From contig NW_013547012.1 of the NCBI RefSeq assembly GCF_000711695.1, positions 62,001 through 126,000 of the forward strand: DNA of 64,000 bases. Direction: 5' to 3'. Source of the stretch: Tilletiaria anomala UBC 951. Lineage: Eukaryota. The notes beneath the pieces were generated by a model, which saw only the letters and a list, made by a program, of their open reading frames with translations, made no database searches and was not told where the DNA came from. Both the position numbers and the translations under genes were made by a program. This document shows positions 50,192-63,439 of the stretch, in pieces; the stretch's first letter is position 1; each line of letters starts with the position of its first letter.

Positions 50192-52236
50192 TCACTTGTC
50201 CTTCCTGCTCTCTGCTTCTGATGGCAGGAGACCCGCGGCTTGAGCGCCCTGGCTTCCACCGCCGAGTGATCCGACTAATGGCAACCAGAGATGATTACAC
50301 CAACTGTCACGGAAGCTTTGTGCCCCGAATATGTTCTGCGCCCGAGCCCGCGCCCGTTTGCGGATCGACAGTGCCTCTCCCTCCCGCAGACGCAAGATCT
50401 CCGCGGCGCGATCAGCAAAGTCGTCCGGCGTCAGCGCGTGGTAGCCGGTCCGCTCGCCCGAGGCGTTCGGCACGGAAATGTCTAGCAAGGGTCCAGCGGA
50501 TGCGTGCGACAGTGTGATCAGCCCTGCAGCCTGTAGAGATAGCACGTGCGAGTGGGGAGGAAAGCTCATCAGCTAGATATCAACGCGAGTGCTGGAGAGG
50601 ATGCGCACCATGAACTCGACGACATTCATGCCAAAGTGTTCATCGACCATAGTGCTGATACCGATGCTTGCCGTAGAGAGACGTTGGATGACTTCCGACC
50701 ACGGTGCATTCACGACGAATTCCACGTACTCCTCAAGGTGTAGGCGCTTGACAAGCGCCTTGAGCATCTCTATTCGCGCCTCGTCGCCTTCGTTCCTGCA
50801 GCTGCCCATCATGGTCATCTTCAGATCTTGCTTGCCATGCTTAGCGACCACGTCGGGATGGCGGTCGAGGAGCGCACGGAGAAATCGCAGCTGCGTTGCA
50901 TGCTCCTTCTCAGGCCTGAATTGCGCCAAGCTGACGAATCCTACTCGAGCATTGTCGAGAGGGAAGGTAGCAAGACCTTCCGTGTCGCATGGCGGGTAGA
51001 CGACCTCCACTCTTCGCCTCTTGTGCGAGTTCCGAGGCAGTCCAGCATTCATCAGCTGGTCGAGGTGATTGCGCGTCCACGTACCGTTGGCCACTACGCG
51101 GCTTGCACGGCGCAGAGCCCACGAGTAGATCCATGCAAAGGTGCGATAATAGCGCAGCTTCAAAGCGGACCGCCATGCGGAGGACGCTGTTGTGGTGTTG
51201 TTCGTGTGACTCGCTTCACGGTTCTCGATACGTCGAAGCATGTCGGTGCTGTCGTCAGGGAAAAGGCCCGGATCAGCCAGGCGCCAAAGTGCAGAGTACA
51301 TGTCAAACACGCACGAGATGGTTGGGTAGTGAGTGTAAGTACCGATCGGCAACTTCTTGGAAAAGAGTCGTACGGCTGGATACGTGAATGCGTAGCCCAT
51401 CGTATCTGTAGCCACATATATCACAGTCAGTGAGAAGTGGAGACTGTAATTGTCACACGGTCATCATAGCGTACCGATAAAGACATCAGGGATCAACTCG
51501 CTCATCGCTTCAAAGGCAAGCAACACGCTGCCGAGGCTCTGGCCGAGGAGGGTGAAGTGCTTCCAATAACTGTCATCTACGAACTTCCTGGCGTCCAGTG
51601 GGAGGAAAAGAAGGCGCTCGCTGTCCAGCTCAATTGCGAAGCGTGACTTGACCTTGGAGATGATGTCTTCCTTGGTTACTTTCTTCTCGCGTCCAACTTC
51701 GCGAGCTTCCGCGTTCTGCTTGATCGTCTTGGGAGAATCTCTTGTTTCTTGTGTCTCGCTGCGCAGGCTTTTATAGGCCGCGTCAAACGCGGCCTCATCG
51801 GCCGGTGCATGAACCTGTTTAACGTCGGGCAATGGACCGACGTCGCCCGTGTAAACCACACAGATGACGTTCGGGTCATTCTGCAGGTGATAGGCAAGAG
51901 CCTCGAAAAGGACTCTCTCTCCACCGCCGCCTGCATTGCTACAGTATAACAGCGGGTAAGTGCGTAAGTACAGGTTCCATTTGAACGGAGTATCATTGTA
52001 TTTCCTCACCAATAAGGGTGGAAGAAGCCAATGATCAACCGCCTGTCCTCGCCGCCTTTGCTTTCCGTGATGCCTAAGCGAGCGAGCAGCTGTCTCCGCC
52101 GCTTGCGATTTGTCCTGACGACTCGGCGCGTGTGCCCCTCGACCAGTTGGATGAACCCGACGAAGAGCGACACGCCAAGGAGGAAAAAGAAGAATGCGAA
52201 TGAGGCCAGGAACGCGTTGAACGATGGCAGTGCCAT
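50192..52236 (-). CDS. ALG11: GDP-Man:Man3GlcNAc2-PP-dolichol alpha-1,2-mannosyltransferase (GT4)
   Basis: N-terminal TM, IGFFHPY|CNAGGGGERVL (intron 51939-52009), DTMGYAF, YTHYPTIS, AQFRPEKEH, EHFGMNVVEFM|AAGLI and HASAGPLLDI. Four introns apparent. Confidence 0.95.
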
Positions 52237-52653
52237 GGTCGCAACGGCCTCTTCACGGCCTCAAACTCCTCAGGTCCATGAGCCCGTGCTGACCCGTCTT
52301 GTAATGCTCAGGCGACTACGATGCCCATGCCGAAGATGCACTGTCGTCTTTTAGAATATCTGTCCCGCGTGAGATGAATGACGGTTCATTGTCATCAATC
52401 ACGGTAGTGAACAGACGTGTGATGAACACAGGCGCAGCGCCCCAGCGGAGCCCCCGCCCCAGCCGTCGCGTTGCTCTGTGCTGAACCTCACTCCGTCCGA
52501 GCGAAACCGAGCCCGAACCAGCATCACCTACGCGTCCTTGTCACCTTCAGGATTACTTGTCTCCAGGAGCATGCGCACCTTTGGACATCAATCGTACATT
52601 CAAGGCTGGGCGCCGAGCCAGATCCCCTCACCACATTACTGCTGGCCATCACG

Positions 52654-54734
52654 ATGGCCAATCGTCGCGCCAAGTTCCATTTACGGTCGGGCACCGACTC
52701 GGACCTCGAGAGCATCGGACCTTCGTCGCGACCAGCTTCTCCAACGCTACAGATACCTCGCAGCACATCACCTCTGCCTCAATCGCTTGGAGAGATCGCT
52801 CAGAGAGCCAGAGATGCGCCGCTTTCGCCCGCAAAGAGCATCAACGACATGGGCAAGTCGGTCTACAATGCAACAGATATTGGCATCTTAGAAGATGAGG
52901 TCTACGATCGGTACTTGTCGAAGCCTATCGCAATGATCCGCAGGCTGCTAATGTGGAGCTTGCGCAAGGAAATGCCCCTTCTCAAATGGCAGCAGGTATG
53001 TCGATAGAGGGGCCGCGCTGTCCATCACTGTGACCGTACTCACCATGCTAAATGTGGTACAGGACAAATTACGAAGCCGGCTTCGTGATCGCTACTTCGT
53101 TTACAGCTCGATGCTAGGGACGCACTCCTTCTTCCTTATCTTCATTCCGATGACATTCTGGCTCGGTAGTCCCTACTTTGGCCGTGGGCTTATCAATGTA
53201 CTAGCATTTGGCGTCTACTTATCCTCGGCCCTTAAGGACTGGCTCTGCGTCCCACGGCCATACTCTCCTCCCGTCACTCGCCTGACCATTGGTACACATC
53301 ATCTCGAGTACGGCTTTCCCTCGACGCACTCGACAAACGCTGTCAGCATCGCATGCTACGTCTACCTTTGGATACGGACATTACGGGATGCTTTCACCGG
53401 TGGCGTGTGGAGCAGTTATCTCTGGGAGGCCGGATTGCTCTACTACGTCTGCAGCGTTGTTTACGGCCGAATCTATTCGGGTATGCACAGCATCGTCGAC
53501 TGCGTTGCAGGATCCCTTCTCGGCCTCGTCATCGTTCTCGCACAGTGGGCAGGTTTCGATAAAATCGAAGCATTCATGATCCGTAGTGACTGGTCAGTCC
53601 CATTCTTGGTTATTCCGATTGGCCTTCTGATGGTGTCAATACACCCTCAGCCATTGGATGACTGCCCATGCTTTGAGGACGCTATCGCATTCATCGCAGT
53701 CGCTATGGGTGTTTCCGTCTCGCGCTGGGTCGCGGCTAACCTAGGCGTCATGCTGGTCGACGATCATCCGTTGAACACGTACCCACAAGCACGCACGACG
53801 CCTGTCATACGCCTCCTACCAAACGGTTACTCGTGGGCTGACAAGCTGGAAGACTCGCTCGACGTACTGCTCGCACAGATCAACGCAGTCATAAGCATCG
53901 ACCGAGCTTCCGAGGATCTTGGCAACAGAGTCGCTGCGTCAACCCTCATGGTTCTAACAGGTGCGCGTCGGACGCAGCACTCGGAATCAGCGTTTGCTCA
54001 TGTAAAATTTTGTTTTCTTACAGGTATATTCTTGGTCATCCTTACTCGTCTCGTGACAAAGACGATGTGTAACATCATCTTACCGCCGATCATTCGATTT
54101 TTCTACGAAACCTTCGGCTTGATTCTGCCCCGGCGACACTACGTGCCAGCCACGGAATACAACAAGATTCCGCTGGCCAACTTGCGGGCGGTACCATCCA
54201 TCCTGGACCTTCCAGACACGCTCACGCCGACCACAGAGATGGGGGATGATCGGCGCAGATCATTACTCTCCCCCGACAGCGCATATCGGCGCAATGGATC
54301 TATTTCCATTTCTAGCCCCAGCAGCTCCAGGGTATCCAGTCCTGGTCCGCTACACGAGCGCAATGCGGGCAGCAAGCGGGTCGACTACAAACCCGCGAAC
54401 GGGAGCGGCGTTCCTGCGCCAATCACACAATCACGACCGGGTTCTCCAACGTATGTCGACCCCATTGCCGAAAAGATCGCGGAGGCGCTTAGGCTCAAAG
54501 ACAAGCAAAGGCGTCAAGAAAAAGAGAAGAATCCGGTCAAGCATTATGATGCGGATGGTGAGTAGCAGTAAGGCTTTGCTGAAACGTGAGGTCCGTCAGA
54601 CCCTGCCTGACTCTCGCACCCTTGCAGTCCTCACTAAAGTCGTCGTTTACTTTAGCATTGGCTTCCATGCCACCATGAGTATACCTGTTCTGTTCGAACG
54701 ACTTGGCTGGAACGGCCAAGTTGTGCAAGCGTAA
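52654..54734 (+). CDS. LCB3: Sphingoid long-chain-base phosphate phosphatase (PAP2 family)
   Basis: PAP2 motifs KDWLCVPRP, EYGFPSTH and GRIYSGMHS, plus LGTHSFF and HPQPLDDCPCFEDA. Introns 52996-53062, 53961-54023 and 54558-54627. Confidence 0.9.
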
Positions 54735-55105
54735 ATTACAATTCAATGAAGACGCTATGCATTCGCTGAAGGAAACTTTTGACGACTTGGATTGCCGGCG
54801 TCTTGGCGAATAGATAGTCGCTGTATTGATCGTAGGTGGACGTCATCGACACGGATCGTGTCCAATGCTTTTCCCAAGCTCGGGAACCGCTCTGCTTCCG
54901 AATTCTGGCTCTGCGAGTTGACTTCTGCGTGGGTGAATGCAGACGATTCGATCATCGAACGACCTCGCAAGACATGCTGTTCCAGTGAAAGTCTGACGTC
55001 TGCGTTCCACAGAGGATACATCGCTGAGCGGACCGTATCGGGTGGTACCTGTCCTCTTGGCAGCTCCGCCGGCCCGGAATAGTTGCCTGCCCACAGTAGA
55101 ATGGG

Positions 55106-55151
55106 CTAACGCCCGTTGTGCGTCCGATCTCGGACGCACAACGGGCGTTAG
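55106..55151. repeat. Perfect inverted repeat, 22-bp arms with 2-nt spacer
   Basis: ctaacgcccgttgtgcgtccga-tc-tcggacgcacaacgggcgttag. Confidence 0.95.
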
Positions 55152-55767
55152 AGGCGACGGATGACATCTTGCGGTGCCTTTCGGCGGCGGCTTCGGAGAG
55201 TTAGTCCGATCATGTGCGCAGCAGCCCAGCGATGTCGCCCGCATCGCTCCATCTCAACGAACACCGTTTTTTCGGCGAACAGTATTCGCACTCGACCCCG
55301 CTTCTTACCCACTGAGCATACCGCTGTTGCCCATCGCGTTGCATACCACGCAAGCTTGTACGCGGCTCTTCAAGGTTACTGCGTCAATAGAACACGCAGC
55401 TTGAGTGTATCTATGGACCATTTTGAGACGTCGTGCTTCATTAACCCAGCAATTTTCATTCGCCGATAGCTCGTACAAATCAGACACCAACACCCGGCGA
55501 CCACCACATCTTGATACTTCACGCTTCCGACATGACCGGGTGGGCTTGACCCGCCTTCCCACCCGATCGCCATCTCATGCCTCACGGAAGATCGGCTTTC
55601 GATCAGACATGGTCTGCAAGCAAAAACAAGACTAACGACAGTGCTCCCTTACAAGCGCAGATGCGGTAAGGAACTAGCTCATTGCTTCATGCAAACAGCC
55701 CATGGCATTGTCTCCAAAGGGATGTAGTATACGTACATGTACTAGATGACCAGCTGCGCGGCTCCCT

Positions 55768-57662
55768 TCAGACGAGAGAGCGCCAGAACTTCTCGACAAA
55801 GTTCCTCGGTGGCAGCTCCTCCTCCTCGGCCGCTTCGATTTCCTTGACGCCAGTGACAAAGTCCATTTCATGAAGTTGAACGACCTTGGACTTCGTGACG
55901 AACTTGTAACCGAAGTAGATGAGCGGGAAAAGAGGGACGGTTAGGTAGTTGGTGATGAACGTGGCGCCGTCCCAGTGACCCTTCATGAAGACACTGAAGC
56001 CGGAGAAGAGGATGCACGTGATCGACCAACAGAGGCCCCACCAACCCAGGAACGGCTGGAGTGGCGATTTGAACGGCAGCGTGGAGCGGTCGATGCCCTG
56101 GACCTTCATGCCGGCGTGGAAGCGGAGGTAAGTGAAGCAGATGCATGCCCAGGTGCTAAGACCGGCGACGGCGGTGAGGTTGGCAAAGTAGTTGAACACC
56201 GTGTACGCATTTTCCGTGGCAACCATGAACGAGAGGAAGGCACAGACGGTGCCGATGGCAAGGGAGACGTACGGTAGACCAGACTTGGTGGTGCGGGCAA
56301 AGATACGGGGTGCCTGTCCAGAGAGCGCCAGAGCATATAGAGCACGCGACGACGTGTACAAGTCCGAAGAGCCGGCCGAGGTAGCAGAAGTGACAAGTAC
56401 GGCGTTGATGATGTGCGGCAGAACCTTGATCTTGGCATTGTCAATGGCAATGACAAACGGAGACGCACGCACAGTAGAGCCGCCTAGTAGGCGCGGATCG
56501 TTGTAAGGGACAATGACGGAGATGGCCAGTGTTCCGACGATGTAGCTGAGTAGAAAGAACTGTCAGAACATTACACACTCTGGACATGCGAAGTAAACGT
56601 CGACTCACAAAAGAAGAATACGAATGTAAACGCTCTTAATGGCACGGGGAATGTTGCGACGCGGGTTCTTGGCCTCACCGGCTGCGATGGCGACAATCTC
56701 GCTACCGATGAAGGAAAAAGCGGCCTGGATGAGAACAGCCCAGAAACTGAGGAAGCGGCCCCAGGCGCCGGGAACCCCTTTGTACTGATTAAACGGGCCC
56801 GGGTGGATCCAGTAGCGGAAGCCGAGACGGTCGCCGACGGCACCAACGTCGATCAAGAAGGAGAGGATGATAAGGCCGACGATGGTGATGACTTTGATTG
56901 AGGCGAACCAGAACTCTGCTTCACCGTATGCACCGGCACCGAGGAAGTTGATGACGACGACGAGAACAAGCAGGATGGCGACCCATATCGCTGGGTTCAT
57001 GTCGGGTGCCCAGTAGCCGATTAGCACCGCAGCGGCAGACAGTTCAGCAGGAAGCACACTAAGAAACGGCACACATAGAGCTGATTAGCCCTTGGTCGAT
57101 CTCAAGTCAGACGCGGACGGGCACGAAAGAACAGACTCACATTGACCAGTTATACCAGTAGTTCCAACCCATGACAGCCGAGAACGAAGGGTCGACAAAG
57201 CGGGCGGCGAGCTTGATGTGCCCACCGGGAACGGGGAGGAAGGAGGCCATTTCACCGAGCGAAAGCATTACCGATAAGCAAATCGTACCCATGGCGATGT
57301 AGCCGAGCCAGAGAGCGAGAGGCCCACTTCTTGCGAGCGCACCGCCTGATCCGAGGAAAAGACCAGTCCCTGTGATCAACAAGAAGCGAAGGTGACGTGA
57401 AGTTAGCAAGTCTGAATATTTCTGCTTCGCAGGCAGGTGTAAAAGGAGACGTACCGATAACACCACCGATAGAGATCATGGCAATATGTCGGGCCTTGAG
57501 CTTTCGACTGAGTTCCTCTCCGTTGCGCTGGTCGAATGCATTCGTGGCGCCGACCGATACGGTCGCCTCAGGGTCGTACCCGTTGAAGTCAACTTTTGGG
57601 GTGGTGCCATCGCTGGCGTACTTTTCGTCGGACTTCTCGTCCGAGGCGCGCATCTGCGACAT
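55768..57662 (-). CDS. Amino-acid permease (APC superfamily, YAT family; Dip5-like)
   Basis: LKARHIAMISIGGVIG|TGLFLGSG, GEAEFWFASIKV, AAFSFIGSE, AGEAKNPRRNIPRA and SRALYALA motifs, with many TM segments. Three introns near 57370-57454, 57060-57140 and 56545-56608. Confidence 0.93.
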
Positions 57663-57864
57663 GGTGGATATGGATGGGGTGGGGCACGAAGGGAGCAGGT
57701 CAGGGATGGCAAAAGGGGCCGGGTCTGTCGGGGAGAAAGGAGGTGAGGCAGATGGACGGTGGACAATCCGGAGGCGATTGGCAAAGGCACGGCGTGTGAC
57801 CAAGGATGGTGCAATGGGGTAAGGGGAATGAGGGAGATCCCAGGTAGGGGGATGAGGCCAAGGC

Positions 57865-57872
57865 TATTTATA
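57865..57872 (-). promoter_or_regulatory. Probable TATA box of the permease
   Basis: TATAAATA on the minus strand ~200 nt upstream of ATG 57662, followed by a pyrimidine-rich leader. Confidence 0.45.
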
Positions 57873-59624
57873 GACGAGTGACAACGTGGTGCTCGCTATG
57901 CGGAGGGAGCGTATGGGCTTGCTGGCTTCTGGAATTGATAGGAAGCCTTGCCTGCGCTGCTGCTGGCGGGCGGTACATAGATTCTCCCAACATACAGTGA
58001 CACAGCGCTGCCTCCAGAGGCGACCACTCAGACTCTGATGCAAGATAATGCTGTGATAACAACCCCCGCTGGATCCAGGCACGCCGACGGGGAAAGCAGA
58101 GCTGTCTTCTTCCACAGTTCATGGGGATGGGACCTTTTCGCGACTCACGGACTACATACACAGGGTTGGAGAGAGAGCTTCTCACTTGTCATATCAATTG
58201 TGTCAAGGTTTGGTGGGGGCTTTGGCAGCTTTGGGCGCATTTGCGGCGTACGGTCACGCAGCAGGCGCAACTCTCAAGAGGAAGGGAGCAAACTGGCAGA
58301 AGAAGGCACAGGGAGCACTTAGCAGCGAGCCGGGCTGCAAACGCCTGGGGAGAGACGAAGCTCAAGCAGTGCGGCAACGCACGAACCAGAGATACCAAAG
58401 GGCAACATTGTACGTACCCGCGCACCAGGAGAGATTGCTCCATGCTTCTTGCCTGTAGCCAGGTCCCTCTTCCTGGTCCATCTGCAGGGCGGAGCTGCAG
58501 TTGGGCAGAGTGTAGCGACAGGCAAGAAGATTGAAGCGAGGCTCCGAAAAGCCCAGTGGTGTAGGCGGGGAAAGCCGCACCCTGCGGCACCCGACCGTGC
58601 CACCGCAGGCGCCGATCTCCGCCTGGCTCCAGTCCAATTTGGGCCTCAATGATTAGGCACCTGAGCTGTGTGCTCGTCATATATTCGGAGCCTCATTGAT
58701 ACGCCGGCGGGACAGGGCCTGCCGTGGCGGGACTCTTTAGGACTTGCGAGCAGCGAATATGTAATCTCGACTCTCGCAGCCCCGAGCGGTTTCCTATAGC
58801 CTGCTCGGTCTGCATGTTAAGGTTCCTGGCCACTGGTGCCATCCCCACTCAAACCAGGCAGCCAGAATAGCAAAGCGCTCGCGAGCCTGCCAGGGCAGTG
58901 TCTACGAGTCGATGTGTTTTCAGCTGCCTGGACACTGCAGTGCGCCACTTGCTGGGCAGAGTGGCGCACTCTGGAATAGTGGGGCGCGATTAGTTTGTTC
59001 ATTGTTACATGGCCGCGGCGGTGTGGGCCCCAAAGCCACACCTTTTGCAGATATCGGGTTGGCATGGGCTGGGGCAAAGATAATAAATCGGTTGTTGTCT
59101 GCTGTAGTCCATTGTAGGGGCTGCAGGGCAGACCGGGGCAGAACGCGTGTGTGCATTGTGAGGCACATACATAGCCCCGACATTTGCCATGTGCAGCCAT
59201 GAGGACAATCTTGCATTTCTTATCTCAGACCAGCTCAGTCGGGTGTGACCGCAATCTGCCCAGATCTCATGCAATTTGACTCAACCCTATGGAGGTGCAC
59301 AGTGTACCCCACCTTCGCTTTCCCCGTTGGCTTCTGTCGTCTACCGCCGCTTGTTCGAGACCACAGCCATAGATGCCCCACCACGATCCGCACCGTTGCC
59401 GCTTACGGAAACCCGTATCGCCGACGAGGCAGCGAGCAATAAGCGAGATGTTGCGAACTGCACGCGAACAAGAAGCGCTGTATCGGTGCAGCAGGTGTCT
59501 GCAGCGGAACCATCGGGCAAACACAGGTGGCTCGAACATACCGAAGGCGCATTCCCCTCTCCTCCGCTCTCCCGATCCCAACATCTTGGTGTTAATGCCT
59601 CAAGTGCAGTGCATCACTCGCATC

Positions 59625-61675
59625 CTACGCTACATGTGGCGAGCACAGCGACTGCTGCCAATGCTGTCCGCTGCGCGGGTTGATGCCGCGTGAATCGATT
59701 TGGCGTTGGAGCGTGACGAGGCCATGATTGCTGCTGGCCTTGGTCCAATAACTCGACTCGCTCGTGCGCAAGTTGGCGATAATATCATGTGCGCACTGCT
59801 CGCCAGCGGCGCAGCTACCGTCCAGGCCGGACGACTTGGAGCGATGCATAAAGTAGCGATCGAACGCCGTTAAATTGTGCTCGAAGTTGAGCGTTGCTTG
59901 GTGCCAGAATGTCGCGTTCAAAGGTGCGTCTGGCGCCCAGTTGGGGACGTACTCGCGCGCTGAGTACTCCAGATGCCAGTTCGGACCGCCATTCGCGTCA
60001 AATGAGTCTGCTTGGTCAAGATTGGCAATGTACGTCAGGCTGTCCATGATCTCCCAGCTGCCCGAGTCGACGCGGTAGACGCGCCAGCCGGGATTGAGAT
60101 TCGTGTATGGCGTCGCTGATGGACCCCAAGCGGCCCAGGAGATTGCATCGGCTCTCTGCACTTCCTTGGGGTCCGACGTGCGATTGTAGAAGACATTGAC
60201 TGCAGGGGATGAAGGAGCACGAGGATCAGTCTCATTCCGAATTCTCCTAATCAAATCTCACCGAACGGACATTCATCACGGTGGGTATGCCCGGCGCCGA
60301 TGAAGGTGATCGTTTCGCTGTAGCGCCTGACGATCTGGAGAAAGTAGTTGGAGAAGGCCTGCAGCGAATCGCCACCGGCGGTCGGAACGTGACTGATAAT
60401 CCATGCTGCCTGGCCGCTGTCCTCGGCAGCTTGCAGTTCGTCGACAAGCCATTCCAGGATACCTGCCGGGTCCGACTCGTTCGTCCGTGGATACAGGTAG
60501 AAGTTCAGACTGTACGCGAGGTTCGTGTTCAGTGAGATGAGGCGGAGCGTCCCTGCGTCACCAAGGACGAGCGAATAGGAGCCGTGACCATTCGTGGCAA
60601 CTTTCTCTTGCGAACTTTGCGGAATCCAACCGTTCCACTTGTTGGCGAGAAGCTTATATAGGTAGGTAATCATGGGCGGGTTGAACTCTGACGGTAGATC
60701 CTGCAGGGTGGTGGGATGAGCAGCACGCCTGGCACCTGTTTGGTTCGAAGCCCTACCCACATATTGGTTCACTGGTCCCGCATCATGGTTCCCGATGGCA
60801 GCGTAAAGGGGGACCCCTTGAGCGTCAAATAGAGAATGAAGGTCGGTGTACGCACGGTCAATGTTGGTGCTGGTAAAGTTCACATCATCGGACCAGATGT
60901 TGTGAGGGTCGATGTCGCCGGTCAAAATAGCCATGCGCGGCTGTCCGCTGACTTTTGGGATGCTCTTGATCAGGTTCGAGGTCAAGAGCTCGTTGCCATC
61001 GCAGTTGTAGTCTCCCCATTTGCCCGCTGCGCGAGTCACGGTACTTGACGACACATTCAATCCGCGACAGCAAAGGAACGTATCGCACTGCGCTTCGCCC
61101 CCTGCGGTGTACTGGTAATCCACGTGGTAGTCGCTCAGATGAGCGACGTTGACAAGTTCACCTGATCCTTTTGGCCTGATGACGATGTCAGGTTTCGACT
61201 TCGGGAACTTGACCTCGTAAGCGGCTATCTCGGGCCTCGGGCACAGTTGTAAGCTGAAGGCGGAGTAGCAGAACAATTTGCCCTGTTCGCTGTCTGGATC
61301 GATGTTCTGGACCATATACGCTAGTGGCGGCCCTTGCAGATCAGCAATGCCTCGACACACTTCGGGAATCGAGACATCGAAAAGGTCGCAGACACCATGA
61401 AGAGCCGATTGCACGGCGTCTTCTCCGCCGACCGCGGCGAGACCCTTGAGGGCGTAGAGGATTCCTTGGCATGCACCGCACTCCAAGCCTTGTAATACCC
61501 CGCCCTCCGTCACGGCGCGATGGATTGTTGTCGCAGAGTCATGAAACTGGCGCTGATACTGCTCGACGGACGGCTCCGACAGTAAGGGAATCTGTGAGGA
61601 CTGTGCAGCACAAAAATACGAGGCGAAGTGGAGGACAATTGGGCAAAAGCCAAGCCACCGGGCCATGAATGGCAT
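59625..61675 (-). CDS. Secreted acid sphingomyelinase-like phosphodiesterase (saposin-B + metallophosphoesterase)
   Basis: Signal peptide, saposin Cys pattern (CGAC...C...C...C...C), and LSDYHVD, TGDIDPH, IGNHD, SHVP, GHTHRDE and NPGWRVY motifs. Intron 60200-60270. Confidence 0.92.
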
Positions 61676-62701
61676 GGCGAGGATGACAGTGTGTCGCGTT
61701 CAAATACAGCGTGTTCTTTGAGCCGCCATTGCTCTAGATCGACGGACTGTCACGCGGATCGATCCGCAGGGAAGGAATTGATGGTGAAGAGCAGACTTCG
61801 GACTGCAACATGATGATGCTCATATCCAGCGGCGCAAGTACAAACCCCTGTTCCTTGCCAGATACCGAGCAACAACAGGAGGACCAGCCGCTATAGCATA
61901 TGGGTTATGGATATTGGATATTATGGAGCCTACTGTTTGCCTTGTGCCTGCTCAGTGCAGACTGGGGGGGGATGCGGTTGAGTTGCCTGTTGGGGCCGAA
62001 AGGTATCTGGCAAGTGTTTGCCGCTACTTGCAGTAATGCCGACTTTGACATTATTTGCCCGTGGGTTATTGTAGCCTGTAGTGCCATCCAGGATACTCGC
62101 AAGAAGAGTCTCACAGCCTGAATACCAGGCCTCGCTTCGTGTAGGCTGTCGCGCATCTCGCGAGTCAAAGACTTCTCCTTCGATTGGTTTTCTTTCTTTC
62201 TTTTCTGGCAATTTTAAAGGGCCTCAGTCTCCCTGACTCGGCCCTTTTCTTCTTGGCAGTTGGCCGGCCGGCGCCTCAAGAAATAGTCTCGAGAGTCGAG
62301 TGAGACGACGGGGTCGCAGCGACGAGCCGACACTGAGGCCAAACCCGAAGGATGAAGGTCAGTAATTGAAAATGGAACAGCCGTGGATGGTCAATTGGGA
62401 CTCTCATGGGCACACTAGCACACCTGTTTTTGTTCAACTTGCAAGTTCTCTGCGCCGCAGTCTCCAATCTCTGTAAATGACAGCAGGTCTCTCTGAGCCT
62501 AACGCATCCAGGTGCACACCAGGTCCGCAGCTGCGTCACTGCTACAGGCTGCCACGTGTGTGACGGCTGTTCTGATCAGCGCGAGCACTGATTAGTACTT
62601 CATTCGCCCACTACATTCTTCTTATAAGCCAACCCGGTAAAAGACTGCCCAGGAAATGGGAGAAGAATCAGGAGCACAGGCGGCAGTGACAACCTTCTAA
62701 G

Positions 62702-63310
62702 CTACAAGACCAGGGACAAGTCGATCAACGTGTCTAATATGCACAGGTGGAGCTTATGTTTAACAACCATGTCTTTTCGAGCTTTTACTCGTCCTGCTCC
62801 ACGTTGAATCTCGGCTCTTTGCACTCTGTAGACCGCCTCCTCTTTTTCCCGTGCACGGTCCGCGTGTGGTGCCTTTATCTCTGCTTCTTTGTCCGCGTAG
62901 GAACGTATAGCATAGTGAGCAGAGCGGGGCGGCTGCCACTCGCACTCGCCGAAGCCGAGGCTCATGCTGTAGATCGCTAGCGGGAAGAGCGCGATGCCAA
63001 TGGCGATGTACAGGAGGGTGAGCACGCTGCTCTTCCTAGCCTGGAACAGCATGAACCCGCACTGCCTGTGGCTGCCTTTAGAGATAGCCAAGCGCGTCAG
63101 CGCGAGGCCCAAGCAGTGGTACGGGTGGTTGAGATGGTGCTTGGCGTGCTTCGCCCAGAGCGTCCCGAAATCGATGCACATGCAGACAACAATGAAGAAA
63201 ATGGCGGCCACCTGCGGTGCACGAAGCACGCTCACTGCCAGGCACGTCCGCTGTCCAAGTCTCTTCCGCCTGCCGAAAAAGGAAAGACGTTCGCGTACTC
63301 GGAGCGCCAT
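62702..63310 (-). pseudogene. Degenerate tandem paralogue of the adjacent cytochrome b561 gene
   Basis: Colinear similarity with the neighbour: PYHCLGLAL vs RHHKLGFVL, QCGFML vs QFGHML, LLYIAIGIALF vs YLHIIIGIVLF, MSLGF..W.P vs MALGF..W.P. The His residues are replaced and the last TM helix is missing. Confidence 0.6.
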
Positions 63311-63439
63311 CCTATCAAAAAATTATCGATTTCGAGGTAAACACAAAGGAACCAATACACTACACCTCTATCTCGAAGGTCGAGCAGTTATCAGGCAGAC
63401 GCGTATTACGGCATTGCCGAATCGGAATCAAGGCGGAGG

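Noticed and set aside
60738..60760. GGTTCGAAGCCC resembling a tRNA T-arm
   Set aside because: It lies inside the sphingomyelinase CDS and has no cloverleaf around it.
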